Of a DNA stretch of 64,000 nt, positions 18,111 to 27,387 are shown in pieces. The notes beneath the pieces are model-generated. The model was given only the letters and a program-made list of their open reading frames with translations. It was not told the DNA's origin and made no database searches. Location of the stretch: contig CALGYR010000006.1 in assembly GCA_937935355.1 (NCBI GenBank), forward strand, positions 5,608 through 69,607, given 5' to 3'. The stretch's first letter is position 1, and every line of letters begins with the position of its first letter. The position numbers were made by a program, and so were the translations under genes. Source of the DNA: an uncultured bacterium (GTDB taxonomy: Bacteria; Planctomycetota; SZUA-567; JAKLDR01).

Positions 18111-20781
18111 ACTTGTCCGCCGACGGCCGCCTTCCTCCGTCCGCCCCGAAAAACGCCTTTGTGCCAACGGGCACGTTCTTCAGCCGGAAGGCGACCATCT
18201 TGCCTGATCTGAGGCCGATGAAGACGTTGTGCTGCGGATCGAAGTCGAAGACGACCATTTGGAAATTGCCGTCGGCAGCCTTGCGCCATGTGTCGGTTTC
18301 CCTGTCATAGGCATAGGCCCCGGTCGAGCGGAGCACTGTCAGGTCGCGGTTCAACGAGTCGAAGACCATCTGCATGCCCTGGCTGCCGCGCTCCCCTTCG
18401 GGCAGCGGACTTTTCGACTTGCGGGCCGTGCCCGTCCCAGGACCCATCAGCCACACGCCGAAATCCTCCGGCGTCTGACCGGCGCGCTTCTTGTGGTTCC
18501 TGACCTCGCGCAGCACCAGGTCGGCAACCGGGTCGTACCCGGCGGCTTCGAATACATAGAATGCGTGCAGACGTGGCAAGCCCGCAAACGGAAGTTTGAC
18601 CAGGTTTTTCGTCCGGGTATCTATAGCGTCGGTGACCGGTCCCATGAACTCGTTGTAGACGTGTCCACGTCGAGAGTCGGCGATGTACCACTTCGGTCCC
18701 TCGCCGGTCGTGACCGTGGTTTGGGGGTAATGACCGTCGAAACGGTCCAGGGTCAAGTCGTAGGTGGCCGCGTCGGTGCGGCGGGTCATGTCCGTGGGAA
18801 ATCCGGTCGAATTGTTCATCCAGAACAGGCGCGATTGCCAGCAGTAGACCAGCCCCCTAGAACACCCGCGGCCGGCCCTGACTTCGTTGAAGAACAAACC
18901 GGACACCTCGTTGGGACGGATGACGAACTGCTTGCCGCTGGCCGGGTCGTAGCCGATGCACTCGTTCGAATAGCACATGTCACAGCCGCCGTAACGCAAC
19001 CACACTCCCGCACGGGCATCCACTGCGCAACGGGTCTCACCGTACGAGGCGACGGTCACCGCTTTGTCGAGGACGACCACTTTCCCGATCGGGAAATCGG
19101 CGCCGAATTGAGGGTTGACCGGGTTGTAGGCGGGAATAAACCCATCCAATTCCTTCCCGACGCGCGCGAGCAGTTCCGCATGTTCCTGTCCTCCCGCTTC
19201 GACTTCCCTGAGCATCGCCCAGGCGGAACGTCTGGGCAGGTACTCCTTCTCGCCTTCGAGAAGTGCGGCCAGCGCGCGGGCGGCCTCCGGTCCGCCTATG
19301 CGGCCAAGAGCCAGTGCCGCGCGGCTCCTTGTCACGCGGTTCGAGGACGAGAGTGCCCGGACCAGCGGCTGGACCGCCGCCAGCTGGGCGCTCTCGCCCA
19401 GGCCCCGTGCAGCGGCCGTCGCCGCGGAGAGATTCTCCGAGTCCAGCAGGGGGGCGATCCTGTCTATGGCGTCCGGCCCACCGATATAGCCGACGACCAA
19501 CGGCACCGAAAAGCCGCGAACAGTCAGAAACTTCTCCAGATATGGCAGGGCCGGCGGTCCGGAAAAGCGTGCCAGCAGAAACTCCGAATGGAGCATCCAG
19601 CGCTCGACGCCCAGCCGCGGGCCGAGTTCTTCGGCCAGAGCCTTGCCGTCGCACACCGCCGCCAGCGCGCGCTTGCCGACATCGGCGGAACTCCCCGATT
19701 GATTGCTTGCTGGCCAAGGCTGGCCGCGCCCGGCCAACTCGCGGAAGAATGCCGTCGCCGCGGAGCCGCCGGAGTAGTCCGCCAGGGCGGCTTTTGCCCG
19801 GATCTGGATGTGTTCGCTCTTGGTGGTTTTGCATAGCTCGATCAGCTTCACGATATCCTCCTCCGTCCCGAACGCCGCTATGAACGGGCCCGAATCCCGG
19901 GTGCCGATTTCATCGCGAACTGCGGCATCCCAATGTTTGGCCAGATCCGGTTTCTGGACGGGTCGCGGGACGGCCGTTGGGCTTTCCCAGCGACGCAGCG
20001 CCCTGGCAGCCGCCTGGCGCACCAGCAGGCTGGGGTCGCCCGAGAGTTTCTTCGCCACCGCCTGCCCCGAGCCGCAACCGGCCGCGAGCCGGGCCGCCGC
20101 CTCCCGCAGGGGCACATAAGACGAGCCGGCCAAGGCTTCGAGGGCCGCCGCCGTGATCGGGTCAGCGAAGGCCGCGCCCAGCGGTGCTTGCCACAGGCCG
20201 GCATCGCGAGGGGAGGCCCGCGAGTAGAGCTTGTCGCCGGCGACCCACCGGACAATGTTGAAGTCCTCCTCGCCGTCGAGCCGGCGCAGTGCGTGCGCAG
20301 CCGAAAGTGCCACAGCCGGGTCGCCCCCCGCCGCCGCCTTTGCCAGCGCCGGCCAGGCGCGCGCGTCCTTGAGCCAGCCCAGCAGCCACGCCGCGCGGAT
20401 CGCCTCCGCCCCGCCTGCCGACAGCTTTGCCTCGAGTTCCTTCCGCTTCGCTTCGTCCGGCCGGTGCGCCACCAACACCCCGCCGATCACCTCCACGCGG
20501 ATGCCCGTGCCTTTCTCGAAGTCAGCGGCTGGCTTCGATGCGGAGACGTTCTCGCCGCCGACACGACCGCGTCCGGAGATCCCGTCGACGGTCGCCCAGC
20601 GCAGCCCCGCTGCCTCCCCCAACCGCCAGGCGAACTCATGCTCGTTCCACCAGCGGGTCTCCAGCGAGACAGTGGTGGACAGCGATGGCTCCCCGGTCCG
20701 ACCGAACTTCGGGGCTGCGCACAGCCCGCTCAGCACGGCGAGGATGACGGCCGCAGTGTATCTCATCCCATGACGTTTCAT
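18109..20781 (-). CDS. Secreted HEAT-repeat protein with a C-terminal Kelch-family beta-propeller
   Basis: Signal peptide 'MRYTAAVILAVLSGLCAAP'. Repeated 'A...ALG.LG...A...L..LL.D....VR..AA.AL' HEAT/PBS-lyase-like units. C-terminal region homologous to the paralogs ('YDRETDTWRKAADGNFQMVVFDFDPQHNVF'). Start overlaps the regulator stop (ATGA). Confidence 0.7.
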   Translation of the reverse strand: MKRHGMRYTAAVILAVLSGLCAAPKFGRTGEPSLSTTVSLETRWWNEHEFAWRLGEAAGLRWATVDGISGRGRVGGENVSASKPAADFEKGTGIRVEVIGGVLVAHRPDEAKRKELEAKLSAGGAEAIRAAWLLGWLKDARAWPALAKAAAGGDPAVALSAAHALRRLDGEEDFNIVRWVAGDKLYSRASPRDAGLWQAPLGAAFADPITAAALEALAGSSYVPLREAAARLAAGCGSGQAVAKKLSGDPSLLVRQAAARALRRWESPTAVPRPVQKPDLAKHWDAAVRDEIGTRDSGPFIAAFGTEEDIVKLIELCKTTKSEHIQIRAKAALADYSGGSAATAFFRELAGRGQPWPASNQSGSSADVGKRALAAVCDGKALAEELGPRLGVERWMLHSEFLLARFSGPPALPYLEKFLTVRGFSVPLVVGYIGGPDAIDRIAPLLDSENLSAATAAARGLGESAQLAAVQPLVRALSSSNRVTRSRAALALGRIGGPEAARALAALLEGEKEYLPRRSAWAMLREVEAGGQEHAELLARVGKELDGFIPAYNPVNPQFGADFPIGKVVVLDKAVTVASYGETRCAVDARAGVWLRYGGCDMCYSNECIGYDPASGKQFVIRPNEVSGLFFNEVRAGRGCSRGLVYCWQSRLFWMNNSTGFPTDMTRRTDAATYDLTLDRFDGHYPQTTVTTGEGPKWYIADSRRGHVYNEFMGPVTDAIDTRTKNLVKLPFAGLPRLHAFYVFEAAGYDPVADLVLREVRNHKKRAGQTPEDFGVWLMGPGTGTARKSKSPLPEGERGSQGMQMVFDSLNRDLTVLRSTGAYAYDRETDTWRKAADGNFQMVVFDFDPQHNVFIGLRSGKMVAFRLKNVPVGTKAFFGADGGRRPSADK

Positions 20782-21935
20782 GACTGTGCCCCCCCTCTGT
20801 CCTGTCCCGCAACGCTTCTTGTCCCACCGTTCCCGAGGACGGCTCCAGCCTGTTCATCCGGCAGCCTCAGCCCGGCGGGAATCCTCAGCCGGACCGGCGG
20901 CAGCCCCGGCTGGGCGCGGCGCTGCTCGAGCCGGGCGATGGCCGCCTGGGCCATCCCGGTTAGGCTCCACGTCATCGCTGGCGCGATAGGCCCACCGCCG
21001 AACATAGGGCGGTATTCGCTTTCGTAGGACTCCTCGTCGCTCCATCCAACCATCTCGAAGTCCCGGCCCGGGACCAACCCCTCCTCGGCGGCGGCGCGGA
21101 CCAATCCGGCGGCGGGCACCTGCCAGAGCGCCAGGATACCCGTGGGGCGGTTCGGCGCGCGCAGCAGCCGCCGGGCGCACTCCAGCGCAGCGGCGCTGTC
21201 TTCCAGGGGCATCTCCATGCGAAGCTCCGGCTCCAGGCGCAGTCCGAGGGATGCCAGCCCGCCGATCGCCCCCAGCGTCCTTTCGATGATCTCTCGCGCG
21301 CCCCCAGCCAGTGCGTAGCCCAGCCAGCCGATGCGCCGGTGGCCACGGGCTGCAAGATGCGCGGCTGCGGCCATCGCCCCGGCGAAACCGTCCTGCGACA
21401 CCGAGTCGATATCCGGGCGTTCGTGCCAGGTGCCGACCAGCACGGCCGGTATGCCGTCTCGTTTCAGTTGGTCGAATAGCCTGGGATCGGAAACGTTGAG
21501 CAGCGCGCCCCAGGCCCGGGCCGACCGGAACTTGGCCACCAGTTCCTTCGGGGCCCCGTCACCGCGGGAAACCGCCAGCACCGACCGGCCCAGCTTGGTG
21601 GCCGCCTGCTGCAGCGCAGCCATGAGCTTGCGCTCGAATGGATCCCAGTCCTTCTCGTAGAACACCAGACCCAGCGGGCAGCCGCGGTCTGGATCGTTGG
21701 CTCGGGCCAGCACGCGGTAGCCCCGGCGGGGTTCACTACGGACCAAGCCCTCAGCCTCGAGGTGATGTAGCGCGCGCCCTACCGTTTCGGACGGCAGTCG
21801 GTATCTTGCACAGAGATCCCGCATCGTGGGCAGATACTCTCCGGAGCCGACCTTGCCTGACACAATCAGTTCCTTCATGACAGAAGAAAGCTCCCCCGAC
21901 CTTCTGCCTACGCCTGAGCCATGTGACCTGGTCAT
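20778..21935 (-). CDS. AraR-type GntR/LacI-hybrid transcriptional regulator, paralog 2
   Basis: 'MKELIVSGKVGSGEYLPTMRDLCARYRLPSETVGRALHHLEAEGLVRSEPRRGYRV' HTH plus a LacI-type domain ('GIPAVLVGTWHERPDIDSVSQDGFAGAMAAAAHLAARGHRRIGWLG'). ATG 21935 is preceded by AGGAGG; alternative ATG 21878. The stop overlaps the start of the downstream HEAT/Kelch gene. Confidence 0.8.
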   Translation of the reverse strand: MTRSHGSGVGRRSGELSSVMKELIVSGKVGSGEYLPTMRDLCARYRLPSETVGRALHHLEAEGLVRSEPRRGYRVLARANDPDRGCPLGLVFYEKDWDPFERKLMAALQQAATKLGRSVLAVSRGDGAPKELVAKFRSARAWGALLNVSDPRLFDQLKRDGIPAVLVGTWHERPDIDSVSQDGFAGAMAAAAHLAARGHRRIGWLGYALAGGAREIIERTLGAIGGLASLGLRLEPELRMEMPLEDSAAALECARRLLRAPNRPTGILALWQVPAAGLVRAAAEEGLVPGRDFEMVGWSDEESYESEYRPMFGGGPIAPAMTWSLTGMAQAAIARLEQRRAQPGLPPVRLRIPAGLRLPDEQAGAVLGNGGTRSVAGQDRGGAQS

Positions 21936-22180
21936 GTCCTGCCTCCTGACGTGGTAGTGAGCTATACACGTTGTTGACGATGTTGTTGCTGGCAAAACCG
22001 TGGATAACTCCAAAGGAGCCGGGGGATGGGGGCCAAGAGCAGTAGAAGCTCACGAGCAGAGGATCCTAGAGCAAAGCCTCTGCCATATATCCGGACAACA
22101 GGGCCGCGTGAGTTTCCAGGTCTGCCCCTCCCTGCACAGGCATCTCGTGCAGGTCTGGGGTGCGCCTACTTTGTCTAAAA

Positions 22181-24562
22181 CTAAAAACCTGTCGTGGCCT
22201 CGGGCAACGCCTTGATTCGGAAATAGTGTGTTCGTGGTGCGGCATTGGGCTCGACCCGCTCTACAAAGCTCTCGACCGTCAGTTGTTGGAGGTATTTGGT
22301 GGCGGTGTTGGGGGAGATCCCGAGTGTGGCAGCCACCTCTGCGCGGGTCATGCTCCGGTGCGCCCGAAAGAGTTCGCGAAGCCGGGCCAACCGACGCATT
22401 GGCGAACGCCCGCAGCGCAGTTCATCATCACCAGGCTTGTCGGCAGAAGGAATCGAAACGGCACTTGGGGTTGCCCAGCCTCTCCCGTCGGTCTTGTTGG
22501 CCTGCGTGGCCAGTGTGGATGCAGTCGTGGGTTGATCCGAACTGGCAGCCATTCCGGCCCCGGCTGCGATTCGGGGATCCAAGTGCATTAGCTCGTAAGC
22601 CGGCTGGTCCGAGTTCATCAGCCGCATGCGTTCCATCTCGTTGCGCAGCTCCCGGACGTTGCCTGGCCAGGAATAGGCCACCAGCGCGGCCCGCAACTCC
22701 GGGCTCATCGTCAGAAGTGCCCCGTCGGTGCGGTGCTCGCCCAAAAAGTGTCCGGCCAGGTTCAGGATGTCCTCGGCACGCTCCCGCAGCGGTGGCACGA
22801 CGATCTCCAGCCGCCTGAGCCGGTAGAGCAGATCCTGGCGGAAGCGCTCTTCGCCGACCATTCGCTCCAGGGGGGCGTTGGTCGCCGCCAAGACCCGGCA
22901 GGACACCTTGCGGCTCGTGGTGCTGCCCACCCGCCGGATCTCGCCAGTTTCGAGCACTCTAAGGAGCGTCACTTGCAGGCGCGGAGATATCTCGCCGATC
23001 TCGTCGAGCAACACTGTACCGGTTCCGGCTGCCTCGAAGAATCCCTGGTGGGCCTTGTCCGCGCCGGTGAAGGCTCCGCGCTCATAGCCGAAGAGCTCGC
23101 TCTCCAACAGCGAGTCGGTGAGCGCCCCGCAGTTGACAGCCACGAAGGGTTCAGCGGCGCGGGGGCCCTCCTCGTGGATGGCCCTGGCCACCAGTTCCTT
23201 ACCGGTGCCGGTTTCGCCGGTGATGAGCACGGGCATGTCGAGCTTCGCGGCGCGGCTGACGGTCTCGCGCAGAGCGACCATGGCGAGGCCTGCACCGATG
23301 AGCCGCGCTGCACCGGACGGCTGTGTCTTGACCGGTTCTGCCGGGACGGGAACCAGGACCGCAACGGAGGCGGCTGGGCTTGGTGTGGTGCCGGCTGGGT
23401 GGGGGGGGAGGGCTGCGCGCATTAGCCTGGCCGAGTCGGCCGCGGACATCTCGCAGGCCATGCGCAGCTCGATGTCCAGTCTTTCCAGGGCGTGGTAGCG
23501 TTCGCAGGCGTGGTAAGCGGTTGAGAAGAGCCTGCCGGCCTCATCACCCCGCCCGGCCAGCAGTTCCGCTCTGGCCAGGTAGAAATCGTCCAGGTAGTGC
23601 GTGTTGCCGCGCTCCCGCCGCAGGCGCAGCAGGCGGCGGGCGGCCTCCCCGCGACGCATGGCTAGCTCGCAACGGACCAGATTGAAGGCTTGGAAGTTCT
23701 GGCCGTACAGAAAGTCGGCGTTGGTCTTGACTGACTCCCGAGCCAACTGCAGGGCGTGCTCGGGCCGGCCGGCCAGCAATTCCCGGGTGGCCGCCAGGCT
23801 CGAGGAGAGGTTCTCGCCTGGCCGGCCCGCCAGCACGTCGGCCAAGGCAAGAAAATCCCGGATCGCCGGCTGGTCCCGGGGCGGCATCTTCTTCAGGCGC
23901 TCCCGGTCGACTTCTCGCAACCTGCCGACCTGTCCGGTATGGACGAAGTGAATAAGATAGATGGCCTCGCGTGTATTGTGTATGTCTTCGTGTTGGGGGC
24001 TGCGAAGGATCCGACAGTACTCGATCTCGATCTCGGCAAAGGTGCCAAAGTTGGCGAACAAGATGGCGAAGTCGCTATAGAACATCTGGTAACGAGGCGA
24101 ATCCTGCGGCACGATTTCGAGGGCCCGGCGGCGGAGTTCCAGGGACTGCTCCTTCTTGCCCACTGTGGCCGCCAACTGCGCCTCGGGAAGGAGCAACATG
24201 GCGATCAGTTCTGCCGGGGTATCGTCCGCAATCAGCAGTTTGGCCCGGTCACTGAGCACAGACGCTTGCGCCAAGCGGTTCCTGTTTATGGAGGTCATGA
24301 GCCAGTAGTGGAAGAAGAGAATCAGGAGGTTCGGGTCGCAGCCTTTGAGATCAAGTGAATCTGCAGTTTTCAGCGCCTCGTCATGCGCCTTCTCGTTACC
24401 GGTTATGGCGCCCGCCATCTCGAGGATGGCGCTGGCAATCGCTCCGTCGTTGCCAGCCTGTGGAGACTCGATTGCTTCACGGAATTCTTTGCGGCCCTTG
24501 AGGAAAGCCGCAACCAAGGGATGCAAAGGACGCGTAGGGTGTTTCTTTCTTGACAATGCCAT
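22181..24562 (-). CDS. Sigma-54-dependent transcriptional activator (enhancer-binding protein) with a ~400-aa N-terminal TPR-like sensory region and no receiver domain
   Basis: AAA+ sigma-54 interaction domain with 'ESELFGYERGAFTGA' (GAFTGA), Walker A 'ITGETGTGKE', 'VLLDEIGEIS'. C-terminal HTH 'TRAEVAATLGISPNTATKYLQQL'. RBS GGGAGG 5 nt before the ATG. Confidence 0.9.
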   Translation of the reverse strand: MALSRKKHPTRPLHPLVAAFLKGRKEFREAIESPQAGNDGAIASAILEMAGAITGNEKAHDEALKTADSLDLKGCDPNLLILFFHYWLMTSINRNRLAQASVLSDRAKLLIADDTPAELIAMLLLPEAQLAATVGKKEQSLELRRRALEIVPQDSPRYQMFYSDFAILFANFGTFAEIEIEYCRILRSPQHEDIHNTREAIYLIHFVHTGQVGRLREVDRERLKKMPPRDQPAIRDFLALADVLAGRPGENLSSSLAATRELLAGRPEHALQLARESVKTNADFLYGQNFQAFNLVRCELAMRRGEAARRLLRLRRERGNTHYLDDFYLARAELLAGRGDEAGRLFSTAYHACERYHALERLDIELRMACEMSAADSARLMRAALPPHPAGTTPSPAASVAVLVPVPAEPVKTQPSGAARLIGAGLAMVALRETVSRAAKLDMPVLITGETGTGKELVARAIHEEGPRAAEPFVAVNCGALTDSLLESELFGYERGAFTGADKAHQGFFEAAGTGTVLLDEIGEISPRLQVTLLRVLETGEIRRVGSTTSRKVSCRVLAATNAPLERMVGEERFRQDLLYRLRRLEIVVPPLRERAEDILNLAGHFLGEHRTDGALLTMSPELRAALVAYSWPGNVRELRNEMERMRLMNSDQPAYELMHLDPRIAAGAGMAASSDQPTTASTLATQANKTDGRGWATPSAVSIPSADKPGDDELRCGRSPMRRLARLRELFRAHRSMTRAEVAATLGISPNTATKYLQQLTVESFVERVEPNAAPRTHYFRIKALPEATTGF

Positions 24563-24719
24563 TTTCCTCCCGGAAACACGTCCTTTGACGCACTCCTATA
24601 GCACAGAATACACCCAATGCGTGCCATTGCAATGCCATAATTCCTAAGATGGCAGTTGAGTTCGACGAGATGTCTATCGTAAGCCACTGTGATTCTGGGT
24701 GATGGGCATTTGCTGGTCT

Positions 24720-24735
24720 TGGAACACCTATTGCT
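24720..24735 (+). promoter_or_regulatory. Sigma-54 (-24/-12) promoter TGGAAC-N5-TTGCT upstream of the radical-SAM gene
   Basis: TGGaaCacctaTTGCt has GG and GC separated by exactly 10 nt (consensus TGGCAC-N5-TTGCW). It lies in a low-GC stretch 22 nt upstream of RBS AGGAGG (24757-24762), divergent from the sigma-54 activator gene. A perfect palindrome CATTGCAATG (24625-24634) lies ~90 bp upstream and is a candidate upstream activator sequence. Confidence 0.55.
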
Positions 24736-24768
24736 TTGTCAAGAACGCTTCGGCCCAGGAGGTGACCG

Positions 24769-26127
24769 TTGAACAGTAAGCTTAACTGCGGAGGGCCAGT
24801 GATGCGCAGCCGCCGCCCGCTGTCCGTGAACAACAGTCTGGTTCACGGCATCTGCAACTGCAACTGCCTGACCTGTGGGGTGAACAAGGCGAGCTACCGC
24901 GGTCCGCGAGAGTATCAGCCCCGGGAGGTCACCGAGCGGCTGATTTCTCGCGTGGAGGAGGCCGCGGCGGCTGGGATCCGGGTGCGCTACATCGCCAACT
25001 CCGGCGACGGCGAGCCGACGTTGCACCCGGAGTTTCGCAGGCGGATGGATCTGTTCGGGGCCATGCTCCGCAACTGGTCAGCGTCGGTACCCGCCCCCGA
25101 GGTCTCGGTGGTCACCAACGGCCAGCGGCTGCTCTCGCCCGGCGTGCTCGATGCCGTGGCCGGGAACCGCCTGACGCTGATCGTCTCCTTCCCGACGACC
25201 GTCGCGGCCGACTACGGGCAGCTGATGTTCTGCCGGCCGGAGCGCGGGGTGGTGACCCTCGAGACGGTCAAGGCTGGCATCCGCCGGGCGATGGAGCTGC
25301 GCGCGGTCGGATCCATCCCGAGGCTGTGCTTCCATCTCTCTCCGCCGGAGCGGGAACTCCTGCGCCGCGGATTCCCGGCGACAATGCAGTTTCTGACCTC
25401 CGAGGCAGCGCGCGCCGGGCTCGGCGAGGTCGAACTGGTGCTCTTCCCGGCGACCTCCAACCGCTCGGGGCTGATCCGCAGCCGCGGCAGTTCGGTCGAC
25501 TTCTACCCGGACCTCTTCCGGGCGTTCAACGGCCGGGCGGTCAACGGCGTGCGCTTGAACATGAGCATCTCCTACCGGCGGTTCTTCCCGGAGGTTTGGG
25601 AGGTGCTCGACCTGGTGCGCAGCTTCAGCCTGCCCTGCATGTGGAACGCCCACCTCTTCATCACCGCCGGCGGCGACTCGATCTGCTGCAACGACCAGGC
25701 GGTGCGCGCCCCGCGCGGCAACGTGCTGACCGATTCGATCGCAAGTCTGATGGTCCGGAAGGAAGCGCACCTGCCCGGCGCGGTCTGCGCCGCGTGTGAT
25801 CAGCGCCCCGACCGGATGCGGGGTGGGCTTGCGGTGACGGTTTTCTCGCTGCTTGCCCGTGCCCGGCTGACCCTGGCGATGATGCGGGCCAGGGCTGGGG
25901 AGGCCCCCACGGGAGAACCGATCCCGGCGGACGCGAAGGAGAACGCCCATGCTCAGGAAAATCTGGTGCTGGATGTTACGGCTCTGCGGATTGCCGCGCG
26001 CCTTGGCAACCAGCCGGCAGCTTTTCTTCCCCGCCGGAACGGTTCACTGAGCGGGGAGCCGGTCGCGCTCCTGCCTGTCGGGGGCACGGGCAGAAAGAGC
26101 CGACTGGGCGTGGCTGACAGCGAGTGA
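24769..26127 (+). CDS. Radical SAM protein with C-terminal auxiliary Cys cluster (SPASM/twitch-like)
   Basis: 'HGICNCNCLTCGVN' (Cx3Cx2C), 'SGDGEPTLHPEF' (GGE-like motif), C-terminal 'LPCMWNAH...SICCNDQ...AVCAACDQRP'. TTG start at 24769 is 6 nt after AGGAGG; alternative ATG 24802 after GGAGGG. Confidence 0.8.
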   Translation: MNSKLNCGGPVMRSRRPLSVNNSLVHGICNCNCLTCGVNKASYRGPREYQPREVTERLISRVEEAAAAGIRVRYIANSGDGEPTLHPEFRRRMDLFGAMLRNWSASVPAPEVSVVTNGQRLLSPGVLDAVAGNRLTLIVSFPTTVAADYGQLMFCRPERGVVTLETVKAGIRRAMELRAVGSIPRLCFHLSPPERELLRRGFPATMQFLTSEAARAGLGEVELVLFPATSNRSGLIRSRGSSVDFYPDLFRAFNGRAVNGVRLNMSISYRRFFPEVWEVLDLVRSFSLPCMWNAHLFITAGGDSICCNDQAVRAPRGNVLTDSIASLMVRKEAHLPGAVCAACDQRPDRMRGGLAVTVFSLLARARLTLAMMRARAGEAPTGEPIPADAKENAHAQENLVLDVTALRIAARLGNQPAAFLPRRNGSLSGEPVALLPVGGTGRKSRLGVADSE

Positions 26128-26157
26128 AGTGCAGGGCTCCACTCAGGAGGGCGGAAA

Positions 26158-26361
26158 ATGATGATCAGCGCGGTGCAGATTGGCATGGTCCCTGCTCTGC
26201 GGAGGATCCTCAGCCTGACGCGGTTTCCGCTGAGGGGCCGAGCAAGGTGGACCGGGAGGCCCAGCGTCGGGGAGGGGCCGCAATGGTCACCCGGCCGGTC
26301 CAAGCGGAGCGAGCTGGCCGCCTGCCTGCCGTGCTACACCTGCGGAGGCAGCCGCAGATGA
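26158..26361 (+). CDS. Candidate 67-aa precursor-like peptide with C-terminal 'AACLPCYTCGGSRR' (Cys-x2-Cys-x2-Cys)
   Basis: ATG 26158 is 7 nt after AGGAGGG. GC3 is ~85% in this frame against ~68% in the overlapping N-extension frame of the next gene. The stop overlaps the ATG of the acyltransferase (ATGA). Same frame and strand as the radical-SAM gene, 30 nt downstream of its stop. Confidence 0.35.
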   Translation: MMISAVQIGMVPALRRILSLTRFPLRGRARWTGRPSVGEGPQWSPGRSKRSELAACLPCYTCGGSRR

Positions 26362-27272
26362 GGACGCTGGAAGAGAAGGTCGGGGCTGTGCCCGGCGAGT
26401 ACCGCTTCGGGGCCGCCGGCGACTACAGCATCCGGGTGGCCGCCTCAATCGAAGACCGGATCAGGGCGTGGAGCTTAGTCTACCGGGTCTACCGGGAGAA
26501 GGAATACGCTGTGCCCAACGAGCAGAGGCTCTGGTACGGTCTGCACGATGCCCTGCCGGGGACGACCACGTTCCTGGTCGAAAAGCGGGCTCAAGACACA
26601 ACGGCGGTCTCTGCCGCACCTTCGACCCTCGGTCTTCAGGCTGCAGCCGCAGTCGTCCCGGTGGCCACCTTGACGCTGGTCTTCGACTCGCCCCTGGGGC
26701 TTCCCGCCGAGGAGGTCTACGGGCCGGAGCTTGGGTCGCTGCGCGCCTGCGGGCGCCGTCCCTGCGAGATCGTCAGCCTGGTGAGCGTTGAGGGCGACCT
26801 CCGGTGCGGCATGGAGATCATGAAGCGCCTCTTCAAGCTCGCCTACCTGGTCGCCAGGCGGCTGACCGACGCCACTGACTTCCTGATCACCGTCAACCCC
26901 CGGCACGTCTCCTTCTACAAACGAATCCTGTTGATGAGCGAGCTTGGCCCCGAGCGGCCCTACGGCAAGGTGGGCGGCGCCCCCGCAGTGCTCCTGGGCC
27001 TGGATCTGCTCGGCGCCGAGGAACTCTACCGGGCGCGCTACGGCGAGGAACAGGGGAGCTTCTTCCGCTTCTTCGTCGACCAGGTCACCGAGCCGGAGAT
27101 CGTCAGCAGACTCTCCCGGAGCCGGCGGCCGCTCGGCGAGGCGGACCTGCGCCGATTCTTCGTCGAGGAGCGGCCGCTGCTCTTCGGGGCGGGTGGCCGG
27201 CACGGTCCAAATGCGCCCGCCGCGGCCCTGTCGGGCACAGCTGTGCGCACCTCGGATTACGCGCAGGTCTAG
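26358..27272 (+). CDS. FeeM/N-acyl amino-acid-synthase-like GNAT-fold acyltransferase (Acetyltransf_5; resembles PEP-CTERM/exosortase-associated acyltransferase family)
   Basis: 'IRAWSLVYRVYREKEYAVPNEQRLWYGLHDALPGTTTFLV' and 'CEIVSLVSVEGDLR...LFKLAYLVARRLTDATDFLITVNPRHVSFYKRILLMSELG' match the long-chain N-acyl amino acid synthase pattern (R.RY.VF.EE..W…E.DE.D…H.LV…EI.RF.V…L…HG..Y.L…P.H..FY.R). ATG 26358 is preceded by GGAGG; the track's 78-aa N-extension is rejected. Confidence 0.6.
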   Translation: MRTLEEKVGAVPGEYRFGAAGDYSIRVAASIEDRIRAWSLVYRVYREKEYAVPNEQRLWYGLHDALPGTTTFLVEKRAQDTTAVSAAPSTLGLQAAAAVVPVATLTLVFDSPLGLPAEEVYGPELGSLRACGRRPCEIVSLVSVEGDLRCGMEIMKRLFKLAYLVARRLTDATDFLITVNPRHVSFYKRILLMSELGPERPYGKVGGAPAVLLGLDLLGAEELYRARYGEEQGSFFRFFVDQVTEPEIVSRLSRSRRPLGEADLRRFFVEERPLLFGAGGRHGPNAPAAALSGTAVRTSDYAQV

Positions 27273-27387
27273 AGCGCGTAGCGCTGCCGTTCCGCAGGCT
27301 GCGTTGGGGGGCGAAGCAGCCAACCGAGGATCGAGGGGCGGGCAATCTTGCTGGCACCGCTAACGGTTACGAAGGGAGCGCAGTCTC

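Noticed and set aside
24650-24703. 17-aa ORF MAVEFDEMSIVSHCDSG upstream of the sigma-54 promoter
   Set aside because: No RBS; located upstream of the predicted transcription start; low GC3.
26124-26357. 78-aa N-terminal extension of the acyltransferase (track ORF 26124..27272)
   Set aside because: Lower GC3 than the overlapping 67-aa ORF in the other frame; ATG 26358 has a GGAGG RBS and aligns with the family N-terminus.
27330-27350. Second sigma-54-like site CTGGCACCGCTAACGG upstream of the giant gene
   Set aside because: TGGCAC is present but the -12 element is ACGG rather than TTGC at the required spacing.
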